DNA from: a virus
Virus record (IMG/VR): IMGVR_UViG_3300024054_000269
Span: 1 to 64,000 of that record
Direction: 5' to 3' (one strand)
DNA length: 64,000 nucleotides
The first letter of the stretch is position 1. Each line of letters opens with the position of its first letter. The notes below the pieces were generated by a model. It had not been told where the DNA came from, did not search any database, and worked only from the letters and a program-made list of their open reading frames with translations. A program made the position numbers and the translations under genes. This document shows positions 36,332 to 45,739 of this stretch, piece by piece.

Positions 36332-39300
36332 ATGGCGATTGGACCGTTTACCACGTATGCCCCACCAGGTGTATATACCAGAACTTTAACTGAACCTTCT
36401 TCAGCCCAACTTCTTGGCGGTCTCAGAGTTCCTACCCTAATTGGAACTGCCCAAGAGTCTTTATCTCAAGATAACGTTGAGATAATTCGAGGTTCAAGCA
36501 GCGTTGCTGACACCGCCATCTTCAATGAAGATGTGTCTGGGCGTTGGGTGACAGGCGGTACTAATGTCAACCCAACTCTTGGAAATCAAGATGGGTCTTT
36601 AGCAAAGTTTCGTGTTAGAAACTATCCGATTGTTGATGGAAATGGTACTGGAACAGCTACTTTTGAAGCCAGCAAAGTATCTGTAACAGTCAATAACCAA
36701 CCGGTTACTGTTTCATCTGTTGACGGTCAGAACGGGATAGTAACACTTTTACTACCAACCGAGATAACTGATGTTGTTTTGGTTTCGTATTATTTCAAAC
36801 GTACAGACACACGTATCACTGATGATCTGAGTGACCAAGTTACTGATGGTCTTGCCATCTTAATTGCTACTAAGGCACAAACTTATGAAGTAATATCAGG
36901 AACGAGTGATACCTTAGAAGTATTTGTAAATGATAGCGCTTCGGCTTCTATCATAACATTTGTTGCTGGGGCTACTAAAACCGCAGCTGAAGTTGCTAAC
37001 GAAGTCAACTCAGCTGCAATTTCTGGTTTGTCAGCGTCAATACATATTGATAACCAGGGATTTAGCCATGTTCAACTTGTTGCTACAGGAAATGTTCGTA
37101 TAGGTTCTGGTAATGCCAACGGTGCCCTTGGCTATAACGCCGGTGATTACACAAACCGCAATAAAGATTTTCGTGTTTTCAACGGCCCAATTGTTGACGG
37201 CTCAAACGGTGGTATAACAACTACAGATCCGTCAAAGGTAATAGCCAAAGTTGATGGTGTAACTGTGTCTGTTAGCGTTGTTGATGGTGCTAACAGCTTA
37301 GTTACATTAGCAGCTGCTCCTGCTAGCGGTACAACGGTTGAAATAACATACTATTTCAACACATATCAAGACACCTTTGATTATTTGCCAAACAATAATA
37401 TACTTGAGGTTGGGAATGTTGGTATAGCACCAGGAAGACGTGATTATTTAAATGGTCCGGATTTTATTGTTATAAATCAAGGTGATCAGTCTGTAATCCA
37501 ATGGGGAACGGCTTTTCAAGTCAATTCTGGTGTTACAACCGGAGGTTCAACGTTTGACAGCACACAGGTTCTTGGTTTGTTGGTAGACAACAGAATTTAT
37601 GCTACTGAATGTACAAGATATACTGATCCAACGACAAATCAGGTATCAACCACTGAATGGGTTCTTCCACTAAAGCCGACGACCGGTAACGGACGCGATA
37701 CGCCGCTCGGTCTAAGTCTATATCAGACTGTTTCGAATGGTCGTATAGACCTTCCAACTAATAGACCTGACCTCGTCATTGCGTATGTTGGTAAAAACAT
37801 TCGTGATGCCTTGGCTAAGGCACCTGTTACGGTTCTGTCTGTTGATTCGTCAAATAACAGAATCAAACTTAAGGAACCTGTTCCGGCCGACTATGTTGTG
37901 TTTGCCACATTCTGGTACAACACAATCCAGGATGATAATTACACTCTGAAAGTTGTTATTCCGGGACCGTCTGGCACGGGCGTGTACACTGTTGAATCAG
38001 AAATTCAACAGGCTGCTCTGTTTAATATCAGATTCGGAACTAAGTCTGCTTTGCCACAGACTGTTCAATTCCCAAGTGGGTCGCAGAGCAATCCAGATGC
38101 AATCCATTATGGTGGCAACCCGGTTGCAGAAACAGTTACCGTAACGTTCTCAACTGAAACCGCCACTCATGCTGATTTCACAAATGCTCTGGCAGAGCCA
38201 TATGACATTTACGCTGCGTTTAGTGCGTTTGCTGACGTGGTGATTGATGGTGTATCAGTTAACGCAGGCGCTGGCGTTGATATGGCGACGGCTTTCCCAG
38301 CAACACTGGTTAGCCAGCCGGTTTCTTCCCCAACGTTGTTAGCATTTGATTCAACTGATCGTTTGGCCTTTGAGATAGATGGCTACACGTATGGATCAGT
38401 TGACATCAGCGCTCTCACAACGTTGGCCACAGTTGCTACGGCTATCAACCAGCGAACGGTGATTGATTTAGCTAACGATTTGAAAGCACTTTATAACGCC
38501 CACTTGACTCAAACCGGCATTCATTTGGTGAACGACACGACGAACCCGGCGACGTCACCTGATGCAACAACATTAGCCACTGCCATAACGCTGATCAACG
38601 AAATTAGAACTGATTATAACGCCCACCGTACACAGGCTGGCGTCCATGTAAACGATGATACGGTAAACGTTGTAACTTCAGCGGCTGCTGTCACGTTAGC
38701 TGATGCTATCACACTGTCGAATGAAATCAAATTAGACTTCAATGCTCATTTGAGTGAGTTCAGTGTTGCAACCACTGGAAACGTTCATATAATTGATGAT
38801 ACGACCAATTTGGTTGATACACCGGATTCTGGATTGGTTGCGTCAACTATAACCTACGGAACAGAAGCTCTGTTGAAAGTTGAGAGTCTAACAACTCCAG
38901 CAACTTTCCAAGATCTGTCAAAGGTTGTTGTTCGAGTCCCGGTTGGATCGGGTGAAACTGATGCATCCGATAAGGTTGGGTTTGAACCAAACCTGACTGC
39001 CTATGGTTACATAAACTCGTTGAATAAACCGGCGGTTTCTGTTAGTGGAAATTCCGGGTCATTCAATATCACATCGGCTGTAAATGACACGTTCAAGTTC
39101 AATTTGGACGGAACTGATTACACTGTGGTGCTTCCACAGAGCACGGTAACAACTGTTGACGCATTGGTCGCACATATCAATGCTGGAGTTGCAAGTGCTG
39201 CAGATATAGCAACCGCAACGGCTGCATTGGTAACGCTGGCTGGCGAACTCGATACGGACTACGCTGCCCACAGAGCGTCTGCAGTGTTCCATACTGCCGC

Positions 39301-41329
39301 TGACGTTGTTAACACAACTGCAACTGTTCCAGTTTCACTTGCAACGTCAATTACGTTCCTGAATGAGCTGAAGACAGCATTTAACGCGCACCGTGTTTAT
39401 GCTGTTTCGCACCCAGTTTTGGACACTTTGGATGTTGTTACTTCGCCAAGTGCCACGGACCTGCCAAGCGCTATTGTCTTGGCCAATGAGTTGAAGGCCA
39501 GATATAATTATCACCTTCAAGTCGAAATGTCTGGCGGCAACGTACACGTTGCTGACGACTTGGTTAACGATGTAACTTCGGCTTCTGTTGTTTTTGCCAC
39601 ACCGGTTGCATACGTCGGAACGAGCCAATACTCTGGCAAGCTTGCCTTGAGATCGTTGATAAACACAGTTGATTCTCTCATAACTGTGTCATCCGGAAAT
39701 GCAAACTCAACGCTCGGATTTACGAATAACTCAAGTTCGTTCAGAACGCAGGCCGACGCTGGCTCAATAGCGTCGGCTTTGAACGCCGACGCTGGATTTG
39801 CAGCTTCAGCTGTTGCGTATAGAATTGTTCAAACTGGTTTGGGCGGATTCTTGAATATCAGGAGTCTGACGGCCGGCTCTACTTCGACGATTGCATTCGG
39901 AACTGCTACTGGTACGATATTCTTTGATGACACTGGAATTGGTATTGAAATTGGTGTAAGCGGAGACACTGGAGAAGCTGCTCAAAGCGGTTACACTGTA
40001 ACATCGTCTGACGCTGTTAATGGTTCATCAGGTGAAGGTCTTCCGGGTCAGACCTATACCGACGCCAGAACCGGTCTCAGGTTCACTGTTTTGCCGGCTT
40101 CAGCAGGTGATTACGCATCAGGTGGTTCATTTACCTTCAATATAACGTCGACATTCACAACTAACGGTTCCATACCGACCCGAGCCATACCTGGGTTGGA
40201 AATGACCGTTTTGAATACGAACGGCATGGGAGTTGATACAACTGCTATCCTGAGCACGTATGCGCGCGGTGGGGCTGAGCCGGCTATCGGTGACGTTTAT
40301 GACGTCTCGTACAAGTATGCCAAGACGGACTTGTCAACGGCTTTGTTCCGAGATCTGAAGAAGATTCAGACAAATTTCGGTCCTCCTACGCCAGAGTTCC
40401 CGTTAAGCTTGGCCGCCCGTTTGGCCTTGTTAAATGGTTCTGTGTTGGTTGGTCTAAAGCAAGTCCTTAGGATCCCAGGACAAGGTCAGGCTTCGGCAAC
40501 GTCATACGCTGCTGCAATTGATGAACAGAAAAAGCCGATGCCTGGAAACGTAAAACCTGACGTCATAGTTCCATTGACTAGCGACACAACGGTTTTTGCG
40601 TATTTGAATCAACATTGCATCTTCATGGGTTCGCCTCGTCAAGAAGGCGAACGCATAGGAGTTGTTGGTACTGCCGTCGGTACAACACCACTTGGTGTTC
40701 AGTCGATTGCCAGGGGCTTGGCTTCCGAACTTATGGTGGTTATGTACCCAGATTCATATGTGATAACGGTCACAGATTCTCAAGGCAATCAAGTTGATCA
40801 GGTCATTGATGGTTCCTACGCAGCTGCTGCAATGGCTGGTAGCGCAACATCACCAGCACTTGATGTTGCTACCCCATGGACTCGAAGAGTTCTGCTTGGG
40901 TTTAAGCGTCTCGGAAGGATTCTTGATCCAACTGAAGCAAATCAGACAGCAGTTTCCGGCGTGACAGTTATTGAGCAGGTTGACGCTGGTCTCAGGATTC
41001 GCCAAGGTTTGACAACGAATCTAGCAACTGTGATAACCCGTACGCCAAGCGTTATCACGACAATCCATTACGTTCAGCAGACAATGCGAGCAGTTTTGGA
41101 TCCATACATTGGTCAGAAATTCACTGGAGCCATCATTAAGTCTGTCGAAGATAAGATGCGTGGTGGCTTCCAGAACATGATAGACGGTGAGATCGTAGCC
41201 AAGGTGGCTGAGATTAACGCACAATCTGATGAGGTAGACCCAACAATTCTAAGAAGTGAAGCTGTATACGTACCGGTCTTTCCGCTCGAGTATATTGTGA
41301 CTACTCTCAGTATAAGAGTACGCATTTGA
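36332..41329 (+). CDS. Contractile tail sheath protein with large insertions (1665 aa)
   Basis: N-terminal YAPPGVYT; C-terminal sheath core (PTEANQTAVSGVTVIE, IRIRQGLTT, EAVYVPVFPLEYI). Confidence 0.85.
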   Translation: MAIGPFTTYAPPGVYTRTLTEPSSAQLLGGLRVPTLIGTAQESLSQDNVEIIRGSSSVADTAIFNEDVSGRWVTGGTNVNPTLGNQDGSLAKFRVRNYPIVDGNGTGTATFEASKVSVTVNNQPVTVSSVDGQNGIVTLLLPTEITDVVLVSYYFKRTDTRITDDLSDQVTDGLAILIATKAQTYEVISGTSDTLEVFVNDSASASIITFVAGATKTAAEVANEVNSAAISGLSASIHIDNQGFSHVQLVATGNVRIGSGNANGALGYNAGDYTNRNKDFRVFNGPIVDGSNGGITTTDPSKVIAKVDGVTVSVSVVDGANSLVTLAAAPASGTTVEITYYFNTYQDTFDYLPNNNILEVGNVGIAPGRRDYLNGPDFIVINQGDQSVIQWGTAFQVNSGVTTGGSTFDSTQVLGLLVDNRIYATECTRYTDPTTNQVSTTEWVLPLKPTTGNGRDTPLGLSLYQTVSNGRIDLPTNRPDLVIAYVGKNIRDALAKAPVTVLSVDSSNNRIKLKEPVPADYVVFATFWYNTIQDDNYTLKVVIPGPSGTGVYTVESEIQQAALFNIRFGTKSALPQTVQFPSGSQSNPDAIHYGGNPVAETVTVTFSTETATHADFTNALAEPYDIYAAFSAFADVVIDGVSVNAGAGVDMATAFPATLVSQPVSSPTLLAFDSTDRLAFEIDGYTYGSVDISALTTLATVATAINQRTVIDLANDLKALYNAHLTQTGIHLVNDTTNPATSPDATTLATAITLINEIRTDYNAHRTQAGVHVNDDTVNVVTSAAAVTLADAITLSNEIKLDFNAHLSEFSVATTGNVHIIDDTTNLVDTPDSGLVASTITYGTEALLKVESLTTPATFQDLSKVVVRVPVGSGETDASDKVGFEPNLTAYGYINSLNKPAVSVSGNSGSFNITSAVNDTFKFNLDGTDYTVVLPQSTVTTVDALVAHINAGVASAADIATATAALVTLAGELDTDYAAHRASAVFHTAADVVNTTATVPVSLATSITFLNELKTAFNAHRVYAVSHPVLDTLDVVTSPSATDLPSAIVLANELKARYNYHLQVEMSGGNVHVADDLVNDVTSASVVFATPVAYVGTSQYSGKLALRSLINTVDSLITVSSGNANSTLGFTNNSSSFRTQADAGSIASALNADAGFAASAVAYRIVQTGLGGFLNIRSLTAGSTSTIAFGTATGTIFFDDTGIGIEIGVSGDTGEAAQSGYTVTSSDAVNGSSGEGLPGQTYTDARTGLRFTVLPASAGDYASGGSFTFNITSTFTTNGSIPTRAIPGLEMTVLNTNGMGVDTTAILSTYARGGAEPAIGDVYDVSYKYAKTDLSTALFRDLKKIQTNFGPPTPEFPLSLAARLALLNGSVLVGLKQVLRIPGQGQASATSYAAAIDEQKKPMPGNVKPDVIVPLTSDTTVFAYLNQHCIFMGSPRQEGERIGVVGTAVGTTPLGVQSIARGLASELMVVMYPDSYVITVTDSQGNQVDQVIDGSYAAAAMAGSATSPALDVATPWTRRVLLGFKRLGRILDPTEANQTAVSGVTVIEQVDAGLRIRQGLTTNLATVITRTPSVITTIHYVQQTMRAVLDPYIGQKFTGAIIKSVEDKMRGGFQNMIDGEIVAKVAEINAQSDEVDPTILRSEAVYVPVFPLEYIVTTLSIRVRI

Positions 41330-41365
41330 CGCATTGCGTCATAATTTATTGATGTACCTTATAGC

Positions 41366-43021
41366 ATGTTGGATGTTGAAAAATATTCAATCTTGACTGA
41401 TAGTGGAAACAAAAAAATTATATTTAAATGTGAATTTTGTTCAAACAAATTTGAAACATTGTACAAGACTTTCTTACGTAGCAAACATGGTGCTTGTATC
41501 AAATGTAGATCATTAGCATCTGCATATTCACAAACCAATTCATCTAAAAATAAACATGAATTTTATCTTGAAAGAAGAAAAAACATAAATAAAAATCTGT
41601 TTAATATTGAAGCTACTATTGAAAAATTTGGTTATTCACCATTAGATCTGGTTAATGGTTCTAAGAAAAGAATAATAGCTAAATGTGAATTTTGTTTATT
41701 AGATTTCGAAACTCAATTTGACGTAATCAATAACGAATCAAATTTAATTGCTTGCAAAAAATGTGACGCTATTGCGTCTTCATATTCCAGGTCTAAAAGC
41801 ATTGAAAACAAACATGAATTTTATTTATCAAAAAGACCGAAATTAAACATTGATTGTCTTGATATTGAGGCTACAATTGAAAAATTTAATTATTCACCAC
41901 TGGATTTAAGCACATATTCTGCGAAAATTATAGTGGCTAAATGCGCATATTGTAGCAAAAAACTTGAAATTAGAATGTCTAAATATTCGCTTCGCGAAGG
42001 AAGGATTACGTGTTGGGGGTGTATGAGGAAAAAGACTGTCGAAACGCTAAAATTGAAATATGGTGTTGAATGCACATTGCAAATACCATCTGTTCTTAGC
42101 AAATTATCTAACCCAAAAACCGAGCAAATAGTCGAATCAGTGTTGAAAACTAGGTATAAATTAGATTATGTTCGCAATCATTCTATTGGTATTTATTCTT
42201 TTGATTTTTTCGTACCAAGTTGCAATTTGTTAATTGAATGTCATGGCGATTATTTTCATGACTTCAAAAAATTTGGTTATAGCGGGACACCAAAAGACAG
42301 AGCTAAGTCAACCTATGTTGAAAAATACACAAATCATAAATTAATTTGGGTTTATGAGCATGAAATTCACATAGGTAGAATCAATAAAATATTAGATTAT
42401 CATATACATAAGATTCTTGAACCACAATTGAATGTTGATTTGAAATATATAGAATTTAAACAAATAAATAACAAAGACGCACATACATTTTTATCTCAAT
42501 ATCATTACATTGGCAATCTCGGAACTGTTGCGACTTCGTTTGGAGCATTTTTCGGCGAAGTATTGATTGCTGTGTGTGTTTTTGGTGGTATTACACGTCA
42601 TCAATCAATTAAAAAGATTAACAAATTCTGTTCAACATCTTTTGGTCCAAAAGATGTTAGGGAATTAAGAAGATTTTGTATTAAACCGAACATCATTACT
42701 AAAAATATGGCAAGTTTCTGTTTGAAAAAATTTATTGATTTATATAATGATTACAATTCAAACATTAAAGCAATAATAAGCTTTTCAGATCCAACTGTAG
42801 GAGACATAGGAACTATATACAAAGCTTCAAATTGGAAACAAATGTCAGATTCAATCAAATCATATCATTATGTAGATCCAAAAACTAATCGTCAGATTCA
42901 TAAAAAGACAGTGTGGGACATGGCTAAAAGCAATCATATGAAAGAACAAGACTTTGTAAATAGTTGTGGATTGATAAAGGTTGTGGAATTGCCAAAAAAT
43001 GTCTGGCTGAAATTATTTTAG
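41366..43021 (+). CDS. Zn-ribbon repeats + PD-(D/E)XK (Vsr/DUF559-like) endonuclease + Mom-like GNAT domain
   Basis: CEFC repeats; YSFDFF..LLIECHGDYFH; RELRRF, ISFSDPTVGDIGTIYKASNW. Confidence 0.7.
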   Translation: MLDVEKYSILTDSGNKKIIFKCEFCSNKFETLYKTFLRSKHGACIKCRSLASAYSQTNSSKNKHEFYLERRKNINKNLFNIEATIEKFGYSPLDLVNGSKKRIIAKCEFCLLDFETQFDVINNESNLIACKKCDAIASSYSRSKSIENKHEFYLSKRPKLNIDCLDIEATIEKFNYSPLDLSTYSAKIIVAKCAYCSKKLEIRMSKYSLREGRITCWGCMRKKTVETLKLKYGVECTLQIPSVLSKLSNPKTEQIVESVLKTRYKLDYVRNHSIGIYSFDFFVPSCNLLIECHGDYFHDFKKFGYSGTPKDRAKSTYVEKYTNHKLIWVYEHEIHIGRINKILDYHIHKILEPQLNVDLKYIEFKQINNKDAHTFLSQYHYIGNLGTVATSFGAFFGEVLIAVCVFGGITRHQSIKKINKFCSTSFGPKDVRELRRFCIKPNIITKNMASFCLKKFIDLYNDYNSNIKAIISFSDPTVGDIGTIYKASNWKQMSDSIKSYHYVDPKTNRQIHKKTVWDMAKSNHMKEQDFVNSCGLIKVVELPKNVWLKLF

Positions 43022-43335
43022 TTTGAATGTTTTTCCAGACTTTTCATTAGCCTTTCTTTTAATTTTGTTTGGTCTAGCGGTCCAACCACCTTATGTTTAA
43101 TTCTAGACAAAAAAAGGGTTGCTTTCAGGTCACCGTCTACCATTTTTAAGCTGACTGTTATTGGTTCTATTTTTCCATGTATTCTTATAAACCCGTTTGC
43201 CCTATAAACATAATCACCGACTTGGGTTTCTTTGAGATTCTTGAAATCAAATGACTCAATAAATTTCTTTATTTTGTCAGATATTTCAATTCTTAACAAT
43301 TTTGATCTTATCTTATTCAATCTATACTTATCCAT
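43018..43335 (-). CDS. Small hypothetical protein
   Basis: 105 aa; TATTAT-N5-ATG. Confidence 0.6.
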   Translation of the reverse strand: MDKYRLNKIRSKLLRIEISDKIKKFIESFDFKNLKETQVGDYVYRANGFIRIHGKIEPITVSLKMVDGDLKATLFLSRIKHKVVGPLDQTKLKERLMKSLEKHSN

Positions 43336-43383
43336 AATTCATAATATTTAGGTAATGATTAAATTTTCAATGGTATTTTATGA

Positions 43384-44877
43384 TTGATGTTTAAGAAATT
43401 AGCAACTTATTTACCACTTATGAGTGGTGATGAATATAATATACCAAAACAAATAACATCTTTAGTTAATTTCTTCTACGATGTGTATTTCAATAAAATA
43501 GACGAACGCGAACGGATGTGGCGAGAGTTAAATCCGCCAAGTGACATCCCGATGGACCCCATTCTTGCCTTAAAAGAAGAATGGTTAAACGCTGAAGTTC
43601 ACGATTTCATATGTATTAACCAATCATATCCAGCTTATGCAAAATCAAGGAACGCTTGGGCCTTCTTTAACTTATTGTTTGGTAAGAGTGCTTTATACGA
43701 AGTTTTTCCAGTTGTTGAAAACTGTCGATTCAAGGATCTGATTAAGAGTTTCTTTAAAATCGAACGTGAGCAGTTAAACATTGACCTTGGTATACCAGCA
43801 ACACTTCCAGTTTTCGGGCGTTATTTTATCACACATAAAGCAACCGGAGCGCATCTAGTAGTTGATTTTGATTTTTGTTTCCAACAACCATATACTTGTG
43901 ATATAAAAATATCAGCTTCTCCTAAAGATCAAGAAAGAGCTGAGGAGTTTTTCAAGAATGTTATTTGTGCACTTGCTGAACACGACATTTATCATAAGAA
44001 AATTCTTTCTTACAACAAAGGTTTCCTCGATTTCCAAGGCATTAAACCAACTCTTTGGAATGATTTGGTTTTAAAACCTGAAACAATAGAAAAAATTCGT
44101 GTAAACTCGGTCTGCGTTCTTGATAATATTGACGGTCTGAAACGCGTTGGTATGTGCCCGAATCGGAACACACTTCTCATTTCTCCGCCTGGCATGGGTA
44201 AAACCACCATTTTCAGGGCAATTAGCTGCGAGATGGTTGGAAATGCAACTTTAATTTGGTGCACGGGCAAGTCAATCAAATACCCAGAAGACGTTACTTC
44301 TTTGTTTGAAGCGGCTCGTGGTTTGACGCCATGTGCTGTAATAATAGAAGATATGGATCTTTTTGGTCGTGATCGTGGATCACTTTCCAATATGGAGAGT
44401 CAAGTTTTTAATGAATTTTTGGCTTGTTTGGACGGTGCTCAAGATAACTCTGGTTTGATAGTTTTGGCATCAACCAACGATGCTAAATCAATGGATTCTG
44501 CGTTACTTCAACGTCCGGGCAGGTTCCATGCTAAGGTTGAAATCCCATACCCAGATTTGTCAGATCGTCTTGCAATAATGAGAAAATTTCTCCATAGTTA
44601 TAAATGCACACCTGATGATAGCGTCAACAAAGAAGTTCTGAATAATATCGCCCAAATGATGGATGGTATGACCGGTGATTATCTTAAAGAACTAGTAAGC
44701 AGCATAACTTTGCGGGCAATCTCAGATGGTAGATCAACCCCGCATGGCGTTATATTTAACGCGTCTGACATGATAGCAGCTGGTGAACAAGTTTTGGATA
44801 ATTATCGTATTGGGAAAATGTCAAAAATGCACCACAAATATGACTCAGCAACTGAAGGTCCAACAGAAGCAGCCTAG
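43384..44877 (+). CDS. AAA+ ATPase
   Basis: Walker A SPPGMGKT, Walker B IIEDMD, SRH ASTN..MDSALLQRPGRF. Confidence 0.9.
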   Translation: MMFKKLATYLPLMSGDEYNIPKQITSLVNFFYDVYFNKIDERERMWRELNPPSDIPMDPILALKEEWLNAEVHDFICINQSYPAYAKSRNAWAFFNLLFGKSALYEVFPVVENCRFKDLIKSFFKIEREQLNIDLGIPATLPVFGRYFITHKATGAHLVVDFDFCFQQPYTCDIKISASPKDQERAEEFFKNVICALAEHDIYHKKILSYNKGFLDFQGIKPTLWNDLVLKPETIEKIRVNSVCVLDNIDGLKRVGMCPNRNTLLISPPGMGKTTIFRAISCEMVGNATLIWCTGKSIKYPEDVTSLFEAARGLTPCAVIIEDMDLFGRDRGSLSNMESQVFNEFLACLDGAQDNSGLIVLASTNDAKSMDSALLQRPGRFHAKVEIPYPDLSDRLAIMRKFLHSYKCTPDDSVNKEVLNNIAQMMDGMTGDYLKELVSSITLRAISDGRSTPHGVIFNASDMIAAGEQVLDNYRIGKMSKMHHKYDSATEGPTEAA

Positions 44878-44922
44878 ATATAGTTTTAATGAGCCGTAGA
44901 AAACAGCAAATAGAGGATAAAT

Positions 44923-45459
44923 ATGAGCTCCATTCAGGAATCAGTTAAAATTTTAGTTGCTTCAACTCAGCGTTTAGCTGAAATGGATCCTAAGGACGAT
45001 GCAATTGCTCGTTCGGTTAAGAATCTTGAACAACAAGTTTCCATGCTTCGAGAACAACTGAAGGGATCACGTTCCTGGTCAAAAAACTCAATGGAACATG
45101 ATATTGAATTTCTTCAGGAAGAAATCAAACGTCTTCGTTCAGCAGCTGAAATTCCGTTGAATAATTGGAAGAGAATCAACACTATAATTGAAGGCCTGCA
45201 AAGGGTTGCAGCGTTAGCATCCAGACCACAAAATTCAGAGCTTGCACCGAAAATTAAAGAATTGACCATTAAAATAGCTGGCCTCTTTCAAGAAGTTGAT
45301 ACATCAGCCGATCTTGACCGCCCATTGGAACAGATTCAAGACGCAGTTTCAAAACTGTATGGCCCAGACTTGAATGATCCAATGGCTTACATGTTTGAAA
45401 AGCGTAATAAAGGTCATCACGAGAAAAGATATGATAAAGATCCTTATACAAAGAAGTAA
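44923..45459 (+). CDS. Helical/coiled-coil hypothetical protein
   Basis: 178 aa; AGAGG upstream. Confidence 0.65.
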   Translation: MSSIQESVKILVASTQRLAEMDPKDDAIARSVKNLEQQVSMLREQLKGSRSWSKNSMEHDIEFLQEEIKRLRSAAEIPLNNWKRINTIIEGLQRVAALASRPQNSELAPKIKELTIKIAGLFQEVDTSADLDRPLEQIQDAVSKLYGPDLNDPMAYMFEKRNKGHHEKRYDKDPYTKK

Positions 45460-45461
45460 TC

Positions 45462-45710
45462 TTGCCAATTGATACTACTCCTATAATCCCAAAGCTTTCC
45501 CCGGGCATAGGATGGCATTTAGGGGAAGATGGTAAATGGGCTGAAGAAAAGATTTCTGCAGACGTTTTAGAGACTGCAAAATTTACTAATTATTTAACTA
45601 TTTTTGGTTATAGGGCTTCGGTCTTCGAGACGCCAGAGGGCGACCTTTGGGCACAAAAGACTGATTTGAGTAAATTAGCCTTTATAGCTTCAAAAATAAC
45701 CAATCTGTAA
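45462..45710 (+). CDS. Small hypothetical protein
   Basis: 82 aa. Confidence 0.5.
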   Translation: MPIDTTPIIPKLSPGIGWHLGEDGKWAEEKISADVLETAKFTNYLTIFGYRASVFETPEGDLWAQKTDLSKLAFIASKITNL

Positions 45711-45739
45711 ATTTTAATTTTGGTTTTGTACATTCAGAT

